Shown piece after piece: positions 1 to 6,903 of a stretch of 37,370 nt of DNA (its first letter is position 1; the number at the start of each line of letters is the position of its first letter). This stretch comes from a virus (Duplodnaviria; Caudoviricetes): positions 1 through 37,370 of the IMG/VR virus record IMGVR_UViG_3300044580_000538; one strand, 5' to 3'. The translations under genes and the position numbers were made by a program. Under the pieces are notes generated by a model. That model ran no database searches. It was not told where the DNA came from and saw only the letters and a program-made list of their open reading frames with translations.

Positions 1-375
1 ATGATCATCAGCAAGCACAAGTTCTCTAGGACACTGCGAGACCTCGTCGCGAAAGCCGGGGGCGTCGTTAACCTCTCCTTCGCAGGTGCGGTCACTACCG
101 GCCAGCCTGTGGTTGCCGGACAGATCGCAGGAGTGGCGGCCCAGGACTTTTCTGGGGTCCCCGGCCCGGTCTACACGAAGGGTGAGTTTACCCTGTCAGT
201 GAAGGGTGTGGACGGGAGCGGCAACACAGCGGTGGCAGTGGGCGATGCCCTCTATTATGTGGCAGGGGACACCCCTCCGATCAGCAAGAAGACCTCCGGC
301 GTCCTGTTCGGTTACGCCCTGTCACCCGTTGAAGCCGGCGCGACCGCAACCAACGCCCGGGTGCTGCTCAAGTAG
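1..375 (+). CDS. DUF2190-like capsid cement/decoration protein
   Basis: Small Gly/Val/Ala-rich beta protein with the pattern AVTTGQPVVAGQIAGVA...G.F.L...AVAVGDALYY...FGYA, typical of DUF2190. Start lies at the window edge, so the RBS cannot be seen. Confidence 0.7.
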   Translation: MIISKHKFSRTLRDLVAKAGGVVNLSFAGAVTTGQPVVAGQIAGVAAQDFSGVPGPVYTKGEFTLSVKGVDGSGNTAVAVGDALYYVAGDTPPISKKTSGVLFGYALSPVEAGATATNARVLLK

Positions 376-1339
376 CAGCCCCCACCAAAGGAATCAACCC
401 GGCGGCCCTCCGCTTGGCCCCGGGTAGACAATGGGCATATGTGTCCAGCGTCATCTTAGCAGACTGATGTCCCAGCAATTCTGACACAACTCTCCAGTCA
501 GCCCCGCTGCATAATAAGGTGGTGGCATACAGATGTCGTAGCTCGTAGAGCACCGCTGTGTGCCCCACCTCCCCCCTCCTCAGCGCACTGCGCCACGCAT
601 TCCTGACCTTCCTGATAGGTCTCCCCCTGTACTCACACACAAAGGGCGTGGTGGCGCGCTGGTGCATCCGTTTGAGGTCCTCCATAAACAGGTCGGAACA
701 GTAGACCACCCGCTCCCTCTTGGTCTTTGCGGACCGGACGGTGACTGACTGATCTGCCCAGTTAACGTCGGACCACATCAACGAAAACAGTTCTGAAGGC
801 CCCGGCCTCAACCCGAGGTTGATCCCACACTTGATGATCCACTGCAGGTGCGGAGCCGCCGCCTTATAGATCTTGTCAAGAGCCTCTATAGATAGCTGTA
901 ACCGGCGAGGTTGTTCTCCCTTCTTCTGCCAGTCAGCCAGAGGATTGACGGTGATGTATCCCCTCTTACGGGCGAAGTTGAAGAGGACCTTCATGTAGCT
1001 CATGTAGCGGTTGATGGTGACCTTGTTGATCCCCTTGGTGCCCCCGATGGCTCGGGCGACATCGAGATAGGTGATGCGATTAACCGGCTTATTCACAGCC
1101 GCCACGAGCCTGGAGCCCACCCGCCTGACCTCCTTGAGGTAGGCCTCGGTGAGGCCCTCCAGCGCCTTCACCTCAACGAAGTCATCCAGCAGTGCCCTTA
1201 ACGATCCTCGGACGCGGACATCGAAGTCCTCAGCCTTCTGCTGCCCTTCAGCCCCCCGCCCGAAGGTCTTGGTGTGTCTCCCTGCTGGGTCCCTCCAATG
1301 GACGTACCAACGACCGTCTGCTCTACAATGCACGCTCAT
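368..1339 (-). CDS. int: Tyrosine recombinase/integrase (Int1)
   Basis: Motifs GLRPGPSEL (R), SAKTK (K), YELRH (His of HxxR replaced by Tyr), LLGH, TLDTYAH (Y). Start reassigned to ATG 1339 (MSVHCRADGRWYVHWRD, arm-binding-like N-terminus), preceded by an AAGGGGG RBS. Confidence 0.93.
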   Translation of the reverse strand: MSVHCRADGRWYVHWRDPAGRHTKTFGRGAEGQQKAEDFDVRVRGSLRALLDDFVEVKALEGLTEAYLKEVRRVGSRLVAAVNKPVNRITYLDVARAIGGTKGINKVTINRYMSYMKVLFNFARKRGYITVNPLADWQKKGEQPRRLQLSIEALDKIYKAAAPHLQWIIKCGINLGLRPGPSELFSLMWSDVNWADQSVTVRSAKTKRERVVYCSDLFMEDLKRMHQRATTPFVCEYRGRPIRKVRNAWRSALRRGEVGHTAVLYELRHLYATTLLCSGADWRVVSELLGHQSAKMTLDTYAHCLPGAKRRAAGLIPLVGAAT

Positions 1340-1364
1340 ACATAGCCCCCTTAGGTTGGACATA

Positions 1365-1724
1365 ATGACACAGATCAACGCCCCAAGCAACGGGCCAGAC
1401 CACCGGGACGAGATGGACCGGGTCTGGGCAGCCATAGACATCTTAACAGCCACCGTTCAGGCAGAGGTCGTATCGACCGCAGAGCTAAAAACCCAGATGC
1501 GGGACCTCATCGCCAAGGTAACCGAAGTCGTCACCGGCGGCACCTCACGGTGCGCCGACCACAACGCCCGCCTTACTCGGGCTGAGTACAACATCGAGCT
1601 CATCGACAGCGGGAAACACCCGGCCTGTCGGGCGTGCTCCCAAGAGATGAAGAACTGGGTGTACGCCTCCCTCATAGCGGCCCTGATGGCCATAGGGACA
1701 ACCGCAGCAGGAATCATTTTCTAA
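1365..1724 (+). CDS. Coiled-coil protein with C-terminal TM segment (holin/XhlA-like candidate)
   Basis: ATG 1365 (MTQINAP...). Helical body plus hydrophobic C-terminus WVYASLIAALMAIGTTAAGIIF. Occupies the T7 holin position just before terS. Confidence 0.55.
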   Translation: MTQINAPSNGPDHRDEMDRVWAAIDILTATVQAEVVSTAELKTQMRDLIAKVTEVVTGGTSRCADHNARLTRAEYNIELIDSGKHPACRACSQEMKNWVYASLIAALMAIGTTAAGIIF

Positions 1725-1734
1725 GGAGCAAGCA

Positions 1735-2031
1735 ATGGCAAAGAAGAAATCGAAAGCCGCATCACAGGAGTACCTCGAAGACCTCCACAGAGTGTTCTCG
1801 GAGATGCTCCTTAAGGACCTCACCAAGGCCCGCACCGTGGGTGAGGACGGTAAAGAGACAATCCCCACCGCGCTGTATAACGTCATCCGACAGTTCCTCC
1901 GGGACAACAAGATAGAGAAGGTCATCACCGATACGCAGGGTGACTCCCTTGGTCTCCTGAGCACACACTTCGCTGGGGTAGGCCCTGGGGAGGAGCTGGA
2001 CGACGACACTGAGGCCTTCGGGGAGGCGTAA
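1735..2031 (+). CDS. terS: Terminase small subunit (T7 gp18-like)
   Basis: 98 aa, AAGGAG RBS, ALYNVIRQFLRDNKI motif, acidic tail, directly upstream of terL. Confidence 0.8.
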   Translation: MAKKKSKAASQEYLEDLHRVFSEMLLKDLTKARTVGEDGKETIPTALYNVIRQFLRDNKIEKVITDTQGDSLGLLSTHFAGVGPGEELDDDTEAFGEA

Positions 2032-2036
2032 CCTAT

Positions 2037-3752
2037 ATGAGCACGACGCCCACCCCAACCACCAAGAAAAAGAAGAAGAAGGACCCTGGGGTCTACACCC
2101 TCGAGGACGCCAAGAAGGACTTCAGGGTCTTCCTGTTGGCTATCTGGGTCCACCTGGGCCTCCCGGCCCCGACACCCATCCAGTATGACATAGCCCGATT
2201 CATCCAGCTGGGGCCGAAGCGTATGATAGTCATGGCCTTCCGTGGGGTGGGTAAGAGCTGGATCACCTCAGCGTTTGTGTGCTGGCTGCTCCTGAATAAC
2301 CCACAGCTCAAGATCCTCGTGGTCTCTGCGTCCAAGGAGCGTGCTGATGCCTTCTCCATTTTCACCAAGAGGCTCATCAACGAGGTCCCGATGCTCCAGC
2401 ACCTGAGAGCCGGGGAGAACCAGAGAGACTCGAACATAGCTTTCGATGTCGGCCCCGCCACAGCAGCACACGCCCCCTCGGTCAAGTCCATAGGCATCAC
2501 CGGCCAGCTCACGGGGTCCCGCGCCGACGTGATCGTTGCCGACGACGTGGAGGTCCCAAAGAACAGTGCAACCCAGATCCAGAGGGATAAGCTCTCTGGG
2601 TTGGTCAAGGAATTTGATGCGGTCCTCTCACCCGGGGGCCGCATCGTGTACCTTGGCACCCCACAGACCGAGATGTCTCTGTACAACAGCCTCGCCCAGC
2701 GGGGCTATGTGGCGAGGATCTGGCCGGCACGAATACCCGGCCCTAAGCTCGTTGAGGGGTACAACGGCGCCCTCTCCCCCTACATCCTCAAGCAGATTGA
2801 GAAGGGCCGCAAGGTGGGCGAACCCACCGACCCCACCCGGTTCAACTCCATGGACCTCATGGAGCGAGAGGCCTCTTATGGTCGCTCTGGGTTCGCCCTC
2901 CAGTTTATGCTGGACACTACCCTGTCTGACGCAGAGCGCTATCCATTGAAGCTCTCCGACTTCATTGTCTTCAACACGCATGTCGATATCCACCCCCAGA
3001 AGATTGTGTGGGCCTCCAAGCCAGAGCTGGCTATCAATGACCTCCAGCCCGTAGGCCTCGCCGGGGATCGTTACTACAGCCCCATGCACGTCTCCGAGGA
3101 GCGCTGGGTGGAGTACCAGGGCGCTGTCTTGGCCGTAGACCCCTCGGGGCGCGGTAAGGACGAGACCTCCTATGCCGTCGTGAAGGCCGGCCTGGGGATG
3201 CTCTGGCTCACCGACGCAGGAGGCATCTCTGGGGGTTATGAGGACGGGGCCCTGAAAGAGCTGATCGCGGTGGCCCGCAAGAACAAGGTGAAGAACATCC
3301 TAGTTGAATCGAACTTCGGCGACGGTATGTTCACCCGGCTCCTCCAGGCCGCCCTCCAGAAGCACAAATACCTCTGTGGTGTGGAGGAGGTCAGACACTC
3401 AAAGCAGAAGGAGCTGCGGATCATCGACACTCTGGAGCCTGTGTTAAACACGCACAGACTCGTGGTGGACCCCGCAGTGATCCACAACGATCTGAAGGCA
3501 GACCTCCGCTACCAGCTGTTCTACCAGCTTACTCGAATTACCAGGGAGCGGGGCGCTCTCGCCCATGACGACCGGGTGGACGCCTTAGCCATGGCGGTGG
3601 CTTACTGGCTGGACGTCCTCGGTAGAGACGTAGACGCCGCTGTGGACTCAGCCCATGAGGAGGCCTTGATGAAGGAGCTGGACAGGTTCCTGCTCCACTG
3701 CACCGGGTCCCCAATGAGGAACCTGAATAAGTGGGTGCCTCTACGGGCATAG
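2037..3752 (+). CDS. terL: Terminase large subunit (T7 gp19-like)
   Basis: AFRGVGKSWIT Walker A, GQLTGSRADVIVADDVE, YLGTPQ, VDPSGRGKDE and HDDRVDAL nuclease motifs. Confidence 0.97.
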   Translation: MSTTPTPTTKKKKKKDPGVYTLEDAKKDFRVFLLAIWVHLGLPAPTPIQYDIARFIQLGPKRMIVMAFRGVGKSWITSAFVCWLLLNNPQLKILVVSASKERADAFSIFTKRLINEVPMLQHLRAGENQRDSNIAFDVGPATAAHAPSVKSIGITGQLTGSRADVIVADDVEVPKNSATQIQRDKLSGLVKEFDAVLSPGGRIVYLGTPQTEMSLYNSLAQRGYVARIWPARIPGPKLVEGYNGALSPYILKQIEKGRKVGEPTDPTRFNSMDLMEREASYGRSGFALQFMLDTTLSDAERYPLKLSDFIVFNTHVDIHPQKIVWASKPELAINDLQPVGLAGDRYYSPMHVSEERWVEYQGAVLAVDPSGRGKDETSYAVVKAGLGMLWLTDAGGISGGYEDGALKELIAVARKNKVKNILVESNFGDGMFTRLLQAALQKHKYLCGVEEVRHSKQKELRIIDTLEPVLNTHRLVVDPAVIHNDLKADLRYQLFYQLTRITRERGALAHDDRVDALAMAVAYWLDVLGRDVDAAVDSAHEEALMKELDRFLLHCTGSPMRNLNKWVPLRA

Positions 3753-3896
3753 CCGGCCCTTGCGGTTATTTAGGCGGGGGGCGAAAAACCCCCCGTCTTC
3801 CGGGGAGCTGTCACAGGTCGCTGCCGCTCCCGGGGCCGGGCTTCGCCCGGGCAAGACACAGATCAATGTTCACCAAGTACCAAGACACAAGAGAGA

Positions 3897-3939
3897 CCAG
3901 AGGGGACCAGAGGCAGCCTTTATCAAAGGTCCCCTCTGG
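3897..3939. repeat. Perfect 12-bp inverted repeat (hairpin)
   Basis: CCAGAGGGGACC (3897-3908) / GGTCCCCTCTGG (3928-3939), extendable by AGAGA/TCTCT across a bulge. Confidence 0.8.
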
Positions 3940-4038
3940 GGTCTCTGGCTTCAGCCTTGTGTATTAAGACCATCCTAGACAGTGATCATTAATAAGGTCT
4001 CTAAGACAATGATTTTGAACATGATTATCGACAATCAA

Positions 4039-4061
4039 CTAAAGTACACATTATTGGGAGA
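4039..4061 (+). promoter_or_regulatory. Phage RNAP promoter (phiOR-like position)
   Basis: CTAAAGTACACATTATTGGGAGA. One of 4 copies of the core AAGTACACATTA; ends in the T7-like initiation sequence GGGAGA. Confidence 0.8.
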
Positions 4062-4680
4062 AGCAGAAGGAGGGAGAGGGAGAACACTATAGAGCACTTA
4101 GAGATAGAGCAGGGAGCAGACGGGAAGAGGTCTGGTGATGCTCGGGAAATAAGAAGCATAGAGGTCTAAGAAAGCTCAAGCTCATTGATAGAGCTGGGTA
4201 GCTTGCCGGGAAAGGGCAAGAAGCCAGACGGGGAGATCCGTGAAATGGATCAGGGAGGTCTGGTGATTAAGATGCTCGTGTTCTAAGGGCTCTAAGTCTC
4301 CTTATGTACACATAATGTCTCTCTATGTATCTAGTGGCTGGTTATCATTGTCATCATCATCCTTGGTCTCCTTATCGCTTGTCTATTGATATGTCATGTA
4401 TTGGGATGCCCTCTCTGTCCCGCTCGCCTACTATATGTGCTGACTGACAGTTTCCTCCTCCTTTCCTGTTGTCGCTATTGGTAGGGTGTGGGGCGGTGGG
4501 GGCATCCCCTTTCAGTTGAGTGTCCCCTTTGACCCCCTACGCTCCTTGACCGGGGCTTAAATGCCTCTCATTTGCGTCAGGAGCGTTTCACCCATATAAG
4601 GACACCACCCTCACCCCTCGAGGCCCGCCTGATCAATTCTGTGCGAGCCCCAGGGGGTGCTAGGGGTACTGCAGGAGTCT

Positions 4681-4690
4681 TTAGGTCACT
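4681..4690 (-). promoter_or_regulatory. TGTGNCCTAA-type box (variant)
   Basis: Reverse strand reads AGTGACCTAA, 9/10 match to TGTGACCTAA. Confidence 0.45.
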
Positions 4691-4873
4691 TGCGGTGGAC
4701 CTCGCCCGTCTGGTGCTTGAGGGGGCTCGAGGTGGGGAAAGTTTCATTGCAAATTTTCGAGAGGGTCAACGTGGCCGCCGCCGTTGGGAAAAACCCCCCA
4801 TAGGGTGGCGGTTCCCCCATCCTTTTGATTTACCCAGTGATTACGGTGGGTTGCTCGGTTTGAAAGGGCAAGC

Positions 4874-4895
4874 CTAGGACACAAGCAAGGTCACA
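4874..4895 (-). promoter_or_regulatory. Tandem pair of TGTGNCCTAA-type boxes
   Basis: Reverse strand TGTGACCTTG (4895-4886) and TGTGTCCTAG (4883-4874), 12-bp period. Confidence 0.55.
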
Positions 4896-4957
4896 TATCA
4901 CCAGGGGATTGGCTCTAGGCCTCGTTGTCAATTAGAGTATTAGTCTTATTGATACCA

Positions 4958-5015
4958 GCTCACCGGGTCCCTCGGGGCTCACCAGGGGCACCAGGGCTCA
5001 CCAGGGCGCACAGGG
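4958..5015 (+). repeat. Imperfect direct-repeat array (G)CTCACCAGGG, about 5 units
   Basis: GCTCACCGGG, GCTCACCAGGG, GCACCAGGG, CTCACCAGGG, CGCACAGGG. Confidence 0.75.
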
Positions 5016-5106
5016 CCCGGTGCAGGTCAGAGACCCTGTAAAGATAATTTTTGCTTTTTTCTCCGTGTATATCGGCTTATAGAGCCATTCTACGCCCGGC
5101 TGCCCC

Positions 5107-5129
5107 TCAAAGTACACATTAAAGGAATA
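5107..5129 (+). promoter_or_regulatory. Phage RNAP promoter (phiOL-like position)
   Basis: TCAAAGTACACATTAAAGGAATA, same 12-bp core. Confidence 0.7.
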
Positions 5130-5130
5130 A

Positions 5131-5200
5131 AGAGCCCCTAGAGCCCCTAGAGCCCCTAAAGGCCCCTAGATCCCCTAGATCCCCTTAAAGGGCCCCTAAA
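5131..5200 (+). repeat. Tandem 9-12-bp repeat array AGA(G/T)CCCCT, 7 units
   Basis: AGAGCCCCT x3, AAAGGCCCCT, AGATCCCCT x2, TAAAGGGCCCCT. Contains CCTAAAG, the heptamer arrayed next to the T7 terminal repeats. Confidence 0.85.
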
Positions 5201-5232
5201 CCCAGTGCCCCGTAAAAAATAAATCGCCTTGA

Positions 5233-5245
5233 TATCAAGCGCTTA
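5233..5245 (+). promoter_or_regulatory. IHF consensus site
   Basis: TATCAAGCGCTTA matches WATCAANNNNTTR exactly, has an upstream A-tract (5214-5223) and overlaps the palindrome CTTGATATCAAG. Confidence 0.5.
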
Positions 5246-5271
5246 ATGGCCCCCTGCCGAAAAAATAACAC

Positions 5272-5317
5272 TGTGCCCTAAAGTCTTATTGACAAGTGCC
5301 GATAAAGGTGTTAAGAC
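5272..5317 (+). promoter_or_regulatory. Host sigma70-type early promoter with upstream TGTGCCCTAA box
   Basis: Box 5272-5281; TTGACA 5289-5294, 17-bp spacer, TAAGAC 5312-5317; A-tract upstream; precedes the first early gene. Confidence 0.65.
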
Positions 5318-5350
5318 TACCAACATCACGGCATGAAAGGGGGCCTGAAC

Positions 5351-5971
5351 ATGAAAGACATCGCAAGAATGAACCTGAAGGAGCTCAAGGCAGTGACCGG
5401 GCTAAACATGGCAAGGGGCAACCGGAAGTTGGACCGCAGTATTTTAATCTGGTCCATCCCGGCTGTGGAAACATGCCCGAATTGTAAGCACTGCGCCAAG
5501 CAGTGCTACGCCCGCAAGGCCGAGCGGATCTATCCGCAGGTACTCCCGGCGCGCAAGCGCAACTTGGCGGCCTCACGGCAGGATTGGTTCACTCCTGCCA
5601 TGATACAGTATATCAAGCTGAGCGGCGCCCGCGTGGTAAGGATACACGAGTCGGGCGACTTCTACGATCAGTCCTACGCGGACAAATGGTCCGCGATTAT
5701 CAAGGCCTGTCCTGATGTCCGTTTCTATGGCTACACCAAGTCGCCCTACAGGCCGGCGCCGGCATCGAACCTCAACATCGTTGAATCAATCCTGCCCGAC
5801 GGGCGGGTGGGCAACACCATCACCATCACCATCAAGGCCCGCACTGCTACAGTGTGCGCGTGGTGCGGCGCTCATCTCGCGGGGCCCCTAGACCCCACAA
5901 CCCCGGCCTCTCATGGCATCTGCCAGGCCTGTGCGGAGCGCCTGCGGGGGGAGTGGGGGGCCCTGTCGTAG
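5351..5971 (+). CDS. GP88-like (radical-SAM-like Fe-S) protein with C-terminal CxxC...HGICxxC Zn-finger domain
   Basis: WSIPAVETCPNCKHCAKQCYARK and VRIHESGDFY...FYGYTK are GP88-type motifs; tail CAWCG...SHGICQAC. ATG 5351 follows AAAGGGGG (alternative start 5333). Confidence 0.65.
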   Translation: MKDIARMNLKELKAVTGLNMARGNRKLDRSILIWSIPAVETCPNCKHCAKQCYARKAERIYPQVLPARKRNLAASRQDWFTPAMIQYIKLSGARVVRIHESGDFYDQSYADKWSAIIKACPDVRFYGYTKSPYRPAPASNLNIVESILPDGRVGNTITITIKARTATVCAWCGAHLAGPLDPTTPASHGICQACAERLRGEWGALS

Positions 5972-6058
5972 TGCACCAAGCCGTTGTCCTCGGTCTCACC
6001 GGGGGCGGCGCCCTGATGCACCACCAGCACCAACACCAACACAAGGAGGGGTAAAGCA

Positions 6059-6586
6059 ATGACGCAAGAGCAAGTACGGGAGCAAGTCACAAAGACTGTC
6101 ACAGATGCCATCACCCGGGCGGCGGCGATCTGGCCGGGGGTTGGGGGGATGCCCGCGCCCCGGCTCCGGTTTGACATACGGGGTCTGTCCCGCAACGGGA
6201 GCTGCTGTTACTCCAGCTGGACCCTGCGCTTCAACCCCACGATCATGATGGTTGACCCCGACGCCTTCTGTGCGGCCACGGTGATCCATGAGGTCGCCCA
6301 CATGGTCGCTTATTGGCTGTGGGGGCGCGTCCAGCCCCACGGGGGTGAGTGGAAGTACGTCATGAGGCAGTTGGGGGCCGTCCCTGAGAGGTGCAGTAAG
6401 TATAACCTCTCTGGGATCGTAAAGCCCGGATATCACGAGTATGTCTGTGGGTGTTGCACTCACCACGTTACCACCCGTAAGCACAATAAGATCCAGAGCG
6501 GCGCTGTGTACGTCTGCGTCTCTTGTCGCAGGCCGCTTGTCCTCGCCTCTACTGCCCGCGCCGCCGAGAAAAGGGAGGTGGCATGA
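6059..6586 (+). CDS. SprT-like zinc metalloprotease
   Basis: TVIHEVAH (HExxH), PHGGEWKYVMRQLG, C-terminal YVCGC...YVCVSC Zn ribbon; AAGGAGG RBS. Confidence 0.9.
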   Translation: MTQEQVREQVTKTVTDAITRAAAIWPGVGGMPAPRLRFDIRGLSRNGSCCYSSWTLRFNPTIMMVDPDAFCAATVIHEVAHMVAYWLWGRVQPHGGEWKYVMRQLGAVPERCSKYNLSGIVKPGYHEYVCGCCTHHVTTRKHNKIQSGAVYVCVSCRRPLVLASTARAAEKREVA

Positions 6587-6780
6587 TGAACGCGCCAAAG
6601 ATGAGGCCCCGGGATGCCGGATTGGCGTATGTGGACGGGGCGTTCCGGTATTTTGCGTGTTACCGAGAGATCCGCAGAGGGCGACACAAGGGGTGGTTTG
6701 AGTTGGTTGTCGGGGGCGTAAAGAAGCGTGTGGAGCCGAAACACATCAGACGGCTTCCGCAGAGTGTCGTCCCTGCTTAG
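6583..6780 (+). CDS. Small basic hypothetical protein
   Basis: GGAGGT RBS; ATGA overlap with the SprT stop. Confidence 0.7.
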   Translation: MMNAPKMRPRDAGLAYVDGAFRYFACYREIRRGRHKGWFELVVGGVKKRVEPKHIRRLPQSVVPA

Positions 6781-6821
6781 TCTATACGGAGGCCACTTTG
6801 ACTAAGCACGATTACATGGGC

Positions 6822-6875
6822 TGTGTCCTAAGATCTAAATTTGTTATTGCAAGTGGGTTGTTCTCGGCGTATAAC
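6822..6875 (+). promoter_or_regulatory. Host sigma70-type promoter for Int2/RNAP with upstream TGTGTCCTAA box
   Basis: Box 6822-6831; TTGCAA 6847-6852, 17-bp spacer, TATAAC 6870-6875. Confidence 0.6.
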
Positions 6876-6903
6876 GAGACCAACAACAACGAAGGAGGGG
6901 GGA

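Noticed and set aside
1340-1453. N-terminal extension of Int1 to 1453, and ORF start at 1149 on the + strand
   Set aside because: These would overlap the divergent genes; RBS-supported starts are at 1339 (-) and 1365 (+).
4572-4877. 101-aa ORF (and ORFs 3731-3978) in the end region
   Set aside because: TTG starts or no RBS, no recognisable motifs, and overlap with hairpins and repeat boxes; treated as non-coding.
4900-4931. Leftward sigma70 promoter from minus-strand TTGACA at 4931-4926
   Set aside because: No usable -10 hexamer at 16-18-bp spacing.
4958-5200. CRISPR array
   Set aside because: Units are 9-12 bp with no unique spacers, and there are no cas genes.
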